Assembly: GCA_030390025.1 (NCBI GenBank)
Contig: CM059432.1
Span: 14,820,001 to 14,884,000 of the forward strand
From: Squalus acanthias
Taxonomy: Eukaryota
Direction of reading: 5' to 3'
Length of the DNA: 64,000 nt
Each line of letters begins with the position of its first letter. Position 1 is the stretch's first letter. This document shows, one piece after another, positions 36,379 to 48,575 of this stretch. Below the pieces are notes generated by a model, which searched no databases, was not told where the DNA came from, and worked only from the letters and a program-made list of their open reading frames with translations. A program made the translations under genes and the position numbers.

Positions 36379-37545
36379 TCAGCCGTGGCTCAGCTGGTGG
36401 CACTCTCGCCTCTGAGGGAGAAGGTTGTGGGTTCAAGTCCCACTCAAAGAACAACAACAACTTGTATTGATATAGCAGATTTAACATAGTAAAATGTCCC
36501 AAGGTGCTTCACAGGAGTATTATAAGACAAAAGATTTGACGCTGAGCCACATAAGGATAAATTACGACAGATGACCAACAGCTTGGTCAAAGAGGCAGGT
36601 TTTAAGGAGTGTCTTAAAGGGAGAGGTTTAGGCAGGGAATTCCAGAGCTTAGGGCCTAGGCAACAGGAGGCACGGCCACCAATGGTTGAGCAACTATAAT
36701 CAGGGATGCTCAAGAGGGCAGAATTAGAGGAGCACAGATATCTCAGAGGGTTGTGGGGCTGAGGAGATTACAGAGATAGGGAGGGGCCGAGGCCATGGAG
36801 GGATTTGAAAACAAGGATGAGAATTTTGAAATCGAGTCGTTGCTTAACTGTGAGGCAATGTAGGTCAGCGAGAACAGGGGTGATGGGTGAATGGGACTTG
36901 GTGCGAGTTAGGACACGGGCAGCCGAGTTTTGGATGAGCTCAAGTTTACGGAGGGTAGAACGTGGGAGGCCAGCCAGGAGTGCGTTGGAATCGTCAAGTC
37001 TCGAGGTAACAAAGGCATGGATGAGGGTTTCAGCAGCGGATGAGCTGAGGCAAGGGCAGAGACGGGCGATGTTACGGAGGTGGAAATAGGCGGTCTTAGT
37101 TATGCCGCGGATATGTGGTCGGAAGCTCATTTCAGGGTCAAATATGACACCAAGGTTGCGAACAGTGTGGTTCTCCAGAGACTTGAGAACACAAAAATCT
37201 AGGCCGACACTCCCATGCAGTACTGAGGGAGTGCTGCAGTGTCGGAGGTGCCATCTTCCAGATGAGGCTTTAAACCGAGGCCCCGTCTGCTCTCTCTCTG
37301 GTGGACGCAAAATATCCCGCGGCACTATTTCGAAGAAGAGCAGGGGAGTTATCCCCGGTGACCTGGCCAATATTTATCCCTCAATCAACATCACTAATAC
37401 AGATTATCTGGTCATTATCACATTGCTGTTAGTGGGAGCTTGCTGTGTGCAAATTGGCTGCCGCGTTTCCCACATTACAACAGTGACTACACTCCAAAAA
37501 GTGCTTCATTGGCTGTAAAGCACTTTGGGTTGTCCCGAGGTCTTT
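36379..37545 (+). mobile_element. Same SINE family, split just after the B box by an L2 insertion
   Basis: Head at 36379-36445 and body resuming at about 37172 (ctccagagacttgag). Confidence 0.8.
36446..37170 (-). mobile_element. L2 LINE 3' fragment
   Basis: RNLGVIFD, HAFVTSRLD, IQNSAARVL motifs and (ttg)n tail. Confidence 0.88.
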
Positions 37546-37781
37546 TTTCTTTTTTCCCATAAGGCACTGTTGCATTTTACTGCCACGGTTATTAAACTAG
37601 GGGCACACGTACGCTTTGTTTAAAAATGTCTTCCAAGGCTGTGGCTAACCATGGGGCACATCATTGTAACGGCCTTCCCTTTTTAAATTCACTGAGAAAC
37701 GTCACTTTGAAAACTAATCCGCGTTCTATCTATTTGTCACTGAAACTCTTGCCACAACTCCCCAAATAACAACTAATATCT

Positions 37782-38126
37782 TTTTCAAGATATTAAGGGG
37801 AACTGATAGGGTAGATAGAGAGAAACTATTTCCGCTGGTTGGGGAGTCTAGGACTAAGGGGGGGGGCACAGTCTAAAAATTAGAGGCAGACCTTTCAAGA
37901 GTGAAATTAGGAAACACTTCTACACACAAAGGTTGGTCGGAGTTTGGAACGCTCTTCCGCAAACGGCAATTGATGCGAGATCAATTGTTAAGTTTAAATT
38001 GGAGATTGATAGCTTTTTGTTAACCAAAGGTATATGGAGTTAGGTCGCAGATCAGCCATGGTCTCATTGAATGACGGAACAGGCTCAAGGGGCTGAATGG
38101 CCTACTCCTGATCCTCTGTTCCTATG
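37782..38126 (+). mobile_element. CR1 3' fragment
   Basis: gagaaactatttccgctggttggggagtctaggact and CR1 3' UTR. Confidence 0.7.
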
Positions 38127-38716
38127 ACTAGGGTTTGGAATAAACACGTCGCAAATGTCAGGATTGAATTCACATCAGAGATAAAACTGCACAAAAAAAC
38201 CCAAAGAGAAAGCATACTTCTGCCAGTTGCCAATATAATAGCAGGTATTTCAGTTCAGCGCAACCATTGTTCCCATTTGAACAGATGGTATTTAAGAGGG
38301 ATTAATGCTAGTGTTTTGGTGCAGAAAGGGATCATCTATCTCTATATATATTACATATGCATTATAGTAGATATGTAAAGCCAGTTAGGCACTAGAACAT
38401 CCAGTTGCTGACTGTGACTGTGAAATTGGTGCATTTATTGCATTTCCACCAGAAGGAGAAGAAAGGACAATTACTGGCTGCCATCAAAGCAGACAGGCCA
38501 ACAACAACACTCAGACAAGAGCAAATGGAAAGTCTGCAGACAACCTAGCACATTAAATTGCTAACCCTCTGCAAACAAGACATCATGTTTGAATTGTGTC
38601 ATCGTACATTGTTCAAATGCTCACGTTAGTGCCAGATTAAAAAAAAATATATATCCATTACTACATTATTTATTCTTGACTGATTTTTTTAACGGAATGA
38701 TCTTTCCAAATCACAG

Positions 38717-39028
38717 TCAGTGGATTTCACACTTCATTCAGCCTTAATCTGTCACATTAACACCACCTCTAGCCTTGCATATCTCTTAATGTCTCTTAAT
38801 GTCTCTTCATCTCCTCCTTTGTTCCTTTATCCCCTCCCCCTTTTCCCAGCTTTACCCTGGCCTTAAATCTATTTGATTTCCAGCTCTTCCCAGTTCTGAT
38901 GAAAGGTCATCGACCTGAAACGTCAACTCTCTTTCTCTCTCCACGGATGCTGCCTGGCCTGCTGAGTTTTTCCAGCGTTTTCTGTTGTTATTTCGGATTT
39001 CCAGCATCCGCAGTATTTTGCTATCGTA
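38717..39028 (+). mobile_element. Penelope terminal repeat copy
   Basis: Nearly identical to 57762-58072. CTGATGA..GAAAC core. Confidence 0.8.
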
Positions 39029-40464
39029 TCTGGTTAATACTATGTTCAGTTTTGCTCACAAGCCGCACAAAGGCTTTACGTGCAGTAGAAACGACGCAGA
39101 AAAGATTGATTCCAAGTGTAAAGAAGACGGACTAAATGGATATAATAGTCCAGAAGGAAAGCAGTTGAGTAGATTTCATCAAAATATAAAAAGGTCAAAC
39201 GGCCCACAGAAAGTAAATGCAGATTGGTAATTTTGTTTTCGTGAGCCGACATTGGCAAGGTCGCATTTAATGCCCATCCTTAGTTGCCCTGAGGACACGA
39301 AGAGTTAACCACATAGCGTGGAACTGAAGTCACATATGGACCAGACCTGGTAGGAGTGTCAGGTTCCTTTCCCTGAAAGACATTATTGACCCCGTTAGGT
39401 TTTTACGACAATCTGGTAGGTTGCGTGGTCTTATTTGGTGTCAGCTCACACATCACCAGATTTATTGAATTGAATTTCACAACTGGCCATGGTGGGATTT
39501 AAACACATGGCTTCAGGTCGTGAAACAAGCACCATAACCACTAGACTACCGTATCCATAAATACACCAAGAAGGATCAGACAGCAAAAGTGGAATTTAGT
39601 GAAAGGTAAATTTGGAATGGACATTGGAGTTATTCAAAATACAATTAGGTGCTTTGATGAGAGAGCTAATACACTAATGTTGATGAGCATCAATAGGCCA
39701 AATGACCTTTTCTAATCCTCGATTTTTCTTATCTTCTAATTATAAATCATAATGTCAGTAAATAGTGAGATTCAGGTGTTCCTAATGGCGGCTACTCTAG
39801 TCTGAATAGCATTGCTACACCAATCTCAAGGATTTTGACACTTCACTGCAGGTTCCTCATTTTAAGCATGGTTCACTTCTCAACTGGCTTCAGGAAAGCA
39901 CCTGAATTTTTTTTAAAAAGCATTACTATTGATTAATTTTCAGTGAGGCAGGATGGCCTCTACTTATGACGTATTTTGTCGTTATAAATGTTTTGAACGT
40001 ACAGAATTCCCTGAAAATGTCAGTGCAGGTTGATAAAACAATAAAAAGGTCAACCATGTATTGGGTTTTATAAGTAGGGCAACAACTGTATATATCCAGC
40101 ATATATTGAAAGTCCTGTGTATACATGCACTTCCTGTAACACTTGCCCCGTCACGTTTTTTCCATCACAACATGTCTTCCTTGGTTAAACTAAAAGTAGA
40201 TGTGCTCGCGGTGGGTTGAGATCGGGCTTCATGTTTTTACCAATTTAATGCCCCCCCCACGACCCTCTCCTGCCTGTCGTGCAGTGTTAAAATTCCCCCT
40301 TTGGTCTCCAAGGTAGGTAGTGCTATTGCTTACTTACTTCTGAGAACCTCCCAGCTAGCTGTGTCTTCACAATAGGGAGCAATGGTTTCCATAAGATCAC
40401 TCACCTCGTAGATTCAAAATCTGACTGTCACAGCGACTAGGAACCCATGCCAGCCTACAGCAGG

Positions 40465-41600
40465 ACTTGGGCTGACAAGTGGCTGGTAACATTTGTGCTA
40501 TACGAGTGCCAGGCAACGATAATCTCCAACAAGAAAATTCCCAATCATCTCTCCCTGATTTTCAATGGCACTATTGTTGTGGCTGCCACGAAACACGAAT
40601 TAAAGCCGAGTCCATGTGTGGAACACAAAAGCTTTTTACTACATCTGCCTGCTAAGATGGCTGCTAACACTAGAATCTGGAAGGTTCTGAGGCCCCGCCC
40701 ACTCCTTTTCTCCTGCCTTAAAGGCAAGGTGCCTTAAAGGCAAGGTGCCCGATTTATTGTCCATGGACGGAAAAGTGGATTACGCCCGTTTAGGTGGCGA
40801 TCCGCCACACTATCATCGCTGAGTCTCCCATTATCAACGTCCTAGGGTTTCCTACGTTACAACAGTGACTACACTTCAAAAACAAAATTACCTCATTGGC
40901 TGTAAAGCACTTTGGGACGTCCTGAGGTCTTGAAAGGCCCTATATAAATGCAAGTCTTTTCTTTTAGGGCCACCACTGAGCAGCAGTTTAACTGGACCAG
41001 CAATATCAACACAGTAGCTACAAAAGCAGGATGGAGGTTGAGTACTGTTGACAAGTGGCTCATGTCCTGACCCCTCAATGCCTCTTCGCCATCTACATGG
41101 CTTAAGTGAGCGAGTGTGAAGAAATACTCGCCACTCGCTTGGTTGGACAAAGACACAACACCACCAAGAAGCTCAACACCATCCAGGACAGAGCAGTTCG
41201 GTTGATTGGCACTCCTGTCACTGAGCTCAATATTCACCACCTACACTGCTGGCACACTATGGCTGCGGGGTTTAGTATCTACAGGATGCACTGCAAGCAA
41301 CTCGCCAAGCTTACTTCGACAGCACCGCCCATCTCTGCGGCCTCAAGCACCGAGAAGGACAAGGGCAACAATGTTGTGAGAACACCGTCACTTGCAAGTT
41401 CCCTTCCAAGTCATACAGCTTCCTGACTTGGACATATAGCGCCGTTCTTTCATTATCATAGCTAACCCCATTGTGGGAACACCATCAGCACAAAGACTGC
41501 AGCGGTTCAAGAAGGCGGCCCACCACCACCTTCCCCAAAAACTAGGGATGGGCAATAAATGCAGTGTTGCCACCATTGCCCACATCCCAAGAACATTTTT
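40465..41600 (+). mobile_element. Degenerate CR1-like LINE 3' region with nested fragments
   Basis: WADKWLVTF, KKLNTIQDRAVRLIG and IYRMHC motifs plus the 3' tail. Short SINE and other fragments lie at 40575-40965. Confidence 0.65.
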
Positions 41601-43234
41601 TTTTCAATGCTTAGTTAACCTGTGTATAAACTTCGGTTTCAGAAATTTTGGTATGGGTGGTACAATAGGCCTTCATCTCCTTGGGCTAGGTAGAAGGACA
41701 CAATCCACCAGGGTTCCTGCTCCTGATTGATGCACGTGTGTAGATGTGCAGGGAGGACAGAGATTGGCCTCAGTTTTGATTCCTCTCACGCCCAAATAGC
41801 CTGCTGACATTTGCCGTCCAGCTCAGACGTGATGAATAGCCCCTTTAGCAAGGTATTGGAGGGTTGTTAGTGTAAGAGCACAACTTAGCTCCTTTAGGAG
41901 GGAAGAACATTGGGGGAACAGAGAGGCAATTTCATTTTAAAATAAACCTTTCGCTGCATTAAAAGATGAAAACTTTAACCGTCGAGCAACATATCAAAGT
42001 CCTTCTACTGTACATTTGAAGAAAATAACTGAAACAACTAGTAAAGAAAATACTTAACAATGGGGACAAATAAGCTCGAGTTTCCCCACAGGTTTTCTAA
42101 ATCACAAATGACAATAATGTAAATAATAAGATTAACAGCCAGATATATGGCAGCATGAAGAAAGCAGAGCCATTTCTAGCCCAGCAATGATGCAGAAAGA
42201 TATCATTTACTACTGGTAGTATTTTCTGTTTGGTAGGAACAGCTGGAACACATCAGTGGCAGTAGAATGCAGTCGTATTACCTCCCACTCCTGCTATTTT
42301 CTGAGAGTTGTGTAATAAATCACTCCAGCACGGCCATAAAACAAATAAATGTACCTATCAAAAATACCCCATAGTGCAGCTGACAAGTAATGAAGAACTG
42401 TTATGTACTCAATGACATGTAATTTTTCTGTTGTGGAACATTTGACAGAAAATTGTGGAAACATTATTATTACATGTTTGTTGAAAGACTATCTATGGTT
42501 AAACCAATGTAATCCTTACAGCCTTGTAGGTTTCCTGGAGTAGAGACGCTTTGCTACAGCAAAGCAGTAGATAGACAGATACATGTATGCATACAGAATG
42601 AGCATCAGAGGGATGGAGAAACATACAAAGCACCTGCACACGGACATCATCACATACATATATAAAGCAACAGGTAGGCAGTTATAAAGTCAAAGAGAAA
42701 TGGAACGATATATACAATACACAAAGAAATGGCTAAAGGTGAAGGGAATTATCAGTGATACCTGTACACATGTAAAGAAATAAAAGAACTTGATTTGTAC
42801 AGTGCCGTAGCGTCAGAAGTATCTCAAAGCGCTTTTTAAAAATTCATTCTCGGGATGTGGATGTCGCTGGCAAGACCAGTGTTTATTGCCCATCCCTAGT
42901 TGCCCTGATTTGATACAACCGCACGACTTGCTCGGTCACTTCTGAAGACAGTTAAGAGTCAACCACATTGGTGCGGGACTGGAGTCACATATAGGCCTGA
43001 CTGGGTAAGGACAGTTTGTTGCTTTCCCCAAAGGACATGAGTGAACCAGCTGGGTTTTTACAACAATCCAGTAGCTTCACGGTCACTATTACCGATACCA
43101 GCTTTTCATTTGCAGATTCTTTTATGACTGAATTCAATTTCTTACACTTCCGTGGTGGGATTTCTCTTTAGGTATTAGTCCAGGCTAGTCCAGTAACATA
43201 ACCGCTACTCTCGCGTATGTAACAGCTTCACATG

Positions 43235-43452
43235 TGTCCTGGCCAATATTTACCCCTCAATCAACATCGCTAAAACAGATTATCCGGTGATTATCACATT
43301 GCTGCTTGTGGGAGCTTGCTGTGCGCAATTGGCTGCCGCATTTCCTACATTACAACAGTGACTCCACTTCAAAAAGTACTTCATGGGCAGTAAAGCGCTT
43401 TGCGACGTCCGGTGGTCGTGAAAGGCGCTATATAAATGCAAGTCTTTCTTTC
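43235..43452 (+). mobile_element. SINE 3' half (same family as 35460)
   Basis: Matches 35708-35925. Confidence 0.75.
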
Positions 43453-43908
43453 ACATACAACGAATGACTTTGAAATGCAGTGATTGTGGTTATGTCGGTA
43501 AATATAGTAGCTAGTGTACACACAGCAAAGCACGTTGATACACTCCGAAGGCTGCAGTTACCCACAAAACGGATCAGGAGATCAGACATATGTCAGGGGA
43601 TTTTCTTGTTGCCGTTATTTTGACTGATGAAAAATATTTGGGGGATTGGGATTTTAAGCAGGAAACTGCAGTCCTAGCCATTCATTAATCCTTTAATCTT
43701 CATCACGTTCAGACTGAGAACCTAATCCCAGCCAACTTTCCTCATTTTCTCAGCCGTGCTTGTGTACTGAGAAATAGGGGAAGAAGTAGGATATCTAAAT
43801 TTTAATGAAGTCTTTTAACTGCCGTGTTTTTATAAAAGGGTATAAATGCTCTTCAAATGATGAAAACCAAAGTCTGCTCCGGACAGTTCTCCTGCGCTCA
43901 GACTCTAA

Positions 43909-44498
43909 GGGATGGAAATTCCCCTCGAGCAGCGTTTGGGGCGCTAAATCAGAAAAGCTGGAACCGTTAGCGCCAGGCGCTAAACTCTTCCGGCCTTTCT
44001 AAAATTCCCACTTTTTGTTCCAAGAGGGCAGCGGATCGCTAAATCAAGCACTCCACTTCCTTCTCGGCGCGCAAGAGGGGAGGAGTTCGCGACCCGGGCG
44101 CATGACTCTGCAGCGCCACGCACTGGGCCGCGTGGCGCTGCCGTGTTGCGGGGGCTCTTCCCTGAATTAAAAGGGAAGGTCCCCACACTGCGAACTCTGC
44201 AGTTTCTTTTTTTAAACTTACCTGCAGCACCGGGGGGGGTGCTGCGCGATCAGCCCGGCACTCAAGCAGCGTGCCGGGATGACCGATCACGGCGCGGACC
44301 CCGCGTCTGGAGCAAAAAAAAAACAATTTTTCCAAAAAGCCGACATTTTTTGCAGGGTCGGCCGGCCACCTGACCTTTAACTTCCGCCCCCGCTGGCGGC
44401 TGGCCGCCCTGCCTGCGTCCCCTGCAGCGGTCGCTGCCATCGCCCGGCGCCGCTGCAGAGGGCGAAGGGAGGCGCTGCTGCAGGGGAATTTCTCCCCC
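43909..44498. mobile_element. Harbinger-type MITE, CpG-rich
   Basis: TIRs gggatggaaattcccct..gcagcg / cgctgctgcaggggaatttctcccc. Confidence 0.7.
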
Positions 44499-44989
44499 GA
44501 ATTGTTTTTCTGCTGTCAATGTCTTAGCCTCACCAACTTTAATTCCATTCAATTGAAATGAGGCTCACGTGACACCTGGCATGAAATGTTCAGCAATTCA
44601 GTCTTAATTGTCGAATTAGCCTTTTCTCTTCACAGCTCTGACGTGCTCAAGATCTTTTTAAATATCATTTTACTATGAATAAAAATACTGCATTACTGGC
44701 TATTTTTGTGATGATTGAAAGCATGCACCATGCAAAAATTGGCCTATTCTATCCAAAATAAATGTTACCGTTCAAAGTTCAGGTTGGTGAATATTTTTCA
44801 CTGCAAATGACTACAGTCCTGGAATATATAACTACGCGATGAATAATAGAACCATCTATTTGGCGGGTCAGCAAGCAATTAGGTTTACAATGCAGTCACC
44901 GTCTCCTCTAACACATTCATCCCCAGGAACTCCTTGCATCTCTTAGTTCTCCTTCACGCTCATAATTTGGTCTTTTGAAACCCAAGCTT

Positions 44990-45495
44990 AAGAACATAAG
45001 AAATAGGAGCAGGAGTAGGCCATTCAGCCCCTCGAGTCTGCTCCGCCATTCAATGAGGTCATGGCTGATCTTCTACCTCAACTCCACCTTCCCGCACTAT
45101 CCCCATATCCCTTAATTCCCTTCGTTCCCAAAAATCTATCGACCTCTGTCTTGAATATACTCAACGACTGAGCATCCACAACCCTCTGGGGTAGAGAATT
45201 CCAAAGATTCACCACCCTCTAAGTGTTGAAATTTCTCCTCATCTCAGTCCTAAATGGCCGACCCCTTATTCTGAGACTGTGACCCCGTGTTCTAGATTCC
45301 CCAGCCAGGGGAAACATTTTCCCAGCATTAACCCTGTCAAGCCTGTTAAAAATTTTATACGTTAAACTCGAGAAAATATAGGCCGAGTCTACTCAATCTT
45401 TCCTCATAGGGCAAGCCCCTCATCCCAGGAACCAGTCTAGTGAACCTTCGCTGCACTCCCTCTAAGGCAAGTATGTCTTTCCTTAGGTAAGGAGC
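44990..45495 (-). mobile_element. CR1 3' fragment
   Basis: Reverse complement of the 14450-14943-type sequence. Confidence 0.8.
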
Positions 45496-45900
45496 TTAGC
45501 ATTAATTAATCAGAGTTTCTTGATTTGCTTCATGTTTCCCTCTAGTCTTAGTGGTGTCCCATGCTATAGCTCCCAAAGAGTCCCGACATTTTACTTAGAT
45601 TTCATTTTTTTTTTAATGCAGGGGAACTTCAAACTGACAGTTGAACAGTTGGTTGCAAGACCAACAGTAGAGAAACTGTCAAGCCACAGTAGCAGCATGA
45701 AGGACTTGCCACTGTCCTCCCTTCCCACTGTCCATGGCCCCAAACACTCCTTCCAGGCAAAACAGCGATTTACTTGTACTTCTTGCAATTTATTATACTA
45801 TATCGCTGCTCACGATGCGGTCTCCTCTACATTGGGGAGACCAAACGCAGATTGGGTGATCGCTTTGCAGAACACCTCCGTTTAGTCCGTAAGCGTGACC

Positions 45901-46719
45901 ACTTGGACAACGTGGACCACTTTCATACCTCGGGAGCCTACTGTCAAACAAGGGCAGACGTCGATGACGAAGTCCAACACTGCCTTCAGTGTGCCAGTGC
46001 AGCCTTCGGTCGCCTGAGGAAGAGAGTGTTTGAAGACCAGGACCTCAAACCCAGCACCAAGCTCATGGTCTACAGAGCAGTAGTGATACCCGCCCTCCTG
46101 TATGCCTCAGAGACATGGACCATGTACAGCAGGCACCTCAAAGCACTGGAGAGGTACCACCAACGCTGCCTCCGCAAGATTCTGCAAATCCATTGGCAGG
46201 ATAGGTGCACTAACGTCAGTGTTCTCACTCAGGCCAACATCCCCAGCATCGAAGCTTTGACCACACTCGATCAGCTCTGGTGGACGGGTCACATCGTCCG
46301 CATGCCCGATACGAGACTCCCAAAACAAGCGCTCTACTCGGAGCTCCGACACGGCAAGAGAGCCCCAGGTGGGCAGAGGAAACGCTTCAAGGACACCCTC
46401 AAAGCCTCCTTGAAAAAGTGCAACATCCCCACCGACACCTGGGAATCCCTGGCCCAAGACCGCACAAAGTGGAGGAGAAGCATCCGGGAAGGCGCCGAAT
46501 ACCTCGAGTCTCTTCGCCGGGAGCAAGCGGAAGCCGAGCGCAAACAGCGGAAGGAGCGCACGTCAACCCAAGCACCCCACCCACCCTCCCCTTCAACCAC
46601 CGTCTGCCCCACCTGTGACAGAGACTGTAGGTCCTGTATTGGACTCATCAGTCACCTGAGAACTCATTTTTAATGTGGAAGCAAGTCATCTTCGGTTCCG
46701 AGGGACTGTCTAAGAAGAA
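45901..46719 (+). mobile_element. RTE-clade LINE, 5'-truncated
   Basis: AFGRLRKRVF, LLYASETW, GHIVRM, GGQRKRFKD and C-terminal CPTCDRDC..HLRTH motifs. (aag)n tail and GACC TSD at 45897-45900 / 46720-46723. Confidence 0.88.
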
Positions 46720-47178
46720 GACCCTGACCTTCCGGTCGCCTGTCACTTTAATTCTCCGCTCCACTCCCACTCTGACCTCTCCGTCCTTGGCCTTTTACAC
46801 TGTTCTAATGAAGCTCAACGTAAGCTTGATGAACAGCACCGCAACTTATGATTTGGCACTTTACAGCCTTCTGGACTCAACATCGAGTTCAACAATTTCA
46901 GACCATAACCTCTGCCCCTATTTTTTTTCACATGGCAGTGCCATTTACACCTCATCTAGACTCATCTTTTGTTTCTTAACTTGTCTCATTACCATCTCCT
47001 TTTGCCTTGCACCATCATCCTTTTTGTCATTTAATCTCTCCTGCCTTCCATCTATCACAGACCTTCCCTTTTGTTCTTTCCTCCCCTCCCCACTTTCCCT
47101 GCCCCTGCACTTGCTTAAAAATCTGTTACATCTCTAACGTTTTCCAGTTCTGATGCAGAGTCATCGACCTGAAACGTT

Positions 47179-47836
47179 GGGCTGGATTTTGATACTGGGG
47201 CGGGTTGGGGTCGTGTCATTCGCATTTCGTGTTATCCACCCGACTGCAATTGGATGTGGGAGATTGATGCGATTTTCACCTAATTGGGCAATTGAGTTCC
47301 AGCATGTGGGAACCCATGAACCAATTAGTGGTTTCAGTCTGAAAGTCGCCTCTGATGATGTCATCATTGATGCTGCATTGCAGGTAAGAGACTGCCTGGC
47401 CTTTGCTGTGAGAGGACCTGGATGCAAAATGAGCAGGAGAGAGAGAGAGAGAGAGAGTTTTTGCTCCACCACTCCCAGATGCCAGCCAGCCACTCACTGA
47501 TACGCAGTGCAGCCACTGATATTCAGCTATCCACATGTGCTCCCACTAGGTTTCACAATCGTGGTTCAGAACAGGCATGCTTCACGTAGAACAAGGGTTA
47601 AAATCACAAAGGCCTTTCAAAATGGCATTATAGAGCCAATTTAGTGCTTGTTAAGGGCCTTAACAGCCTATCCCGTCTCTTAAAGGCGGGACGCAGGTGT
47701 GACCAGCAGACACGATTTCATCAAAATTGCGTGGAGGCAGGATGGAGGCGGACTTGTGCCTGCCCGCCACTTTTTGCAATTTTAACCCCCCACACGCCTC
47801 CAAACCCGCCTCCACGGGTCAATGAAAATCCAGCCC
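47179..47836. mobile_element. Harbinger-type MITE
   Basis: TIRs gggctggatttt / aaaatccagccc with GTT TSD. Confidence 0.82.
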
Positions 47837-48575
47837 GTTAACTCTGTTTCTCTCTCCACAAATGCTGCCTGACCTGCTGAGTGTTTCCAGCATTTTTTCT
47901 TTTTATTGCTACTGTGAGGTTTACTCCAGCAGAGTGGAAGTGTGAAAATATTAGTGTGTCGGTCACTGATCAGCATGATTAAAAAAAATAGCTTCATGTA
48001 AATTGCTCAACTTCAGGGCATTGAGTTCAAAAGAAAGGCCACAGGAATAAAAAATCCCATTAAACAGCATTTACAAAATGGCCTGGTGTTACAAATCATT
48101 TTCTCTTGGAAAGGTGCAATCACCGGGCATGTTATTCGCCCATTTCTTTTCTTTTTGACCAAGGCTATCTGCTACATCGGTATGGGAAAGAATAGATGGA
48201 GCAACAAGAGGGCTTGTCTTTGTAATAAGCCTTCTTCGGCCCATTTTCTTGCAACATTGACTCTTTTCTCTTTTAGATAGGGGAAAGGTCCCGTCATCAT
48301 GTAATGCCAACCTACAGACTGTCTCTCCTCCCTGCATCTTCACTGTATTGAAATCAGGGGGGTGAAATTGGGTATCGCCCCATTTGGGGCACTAACTTTT
48401 GAAATTTTGAAAATTTAGCGCCAGGCGCTAAGGATTCTGAACTTCTACTAAATTGGGTGTTAGTGCCCCAGGAAGGAAGTGGGGCGCTAAATCAAGCGCT
48501 AATGACCTCAGTGGGGCGCTACAGGGGCGCTACCAGCAGAGCGCTAATGAATTTCAGGTGCAATGCATTCAGCAA

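Larger units (their letters stand above)
45715..47905 (+). mobile_element. Penelope 3' fragment (GIY-YIG region and tail) with nested RTE and MITE
   Basis: 45715-45900 and 46720-46915 align to 57290-57660. The tail resumes after the MITE at 47837. Confidence 0.8.

Noticed and set aside
43768..43794. Possible PTPRM Tyr/Ser-rich micro-exon on the minus strand
   Set aside because: Phase does not give the expected peptide and the splice sites are weak.
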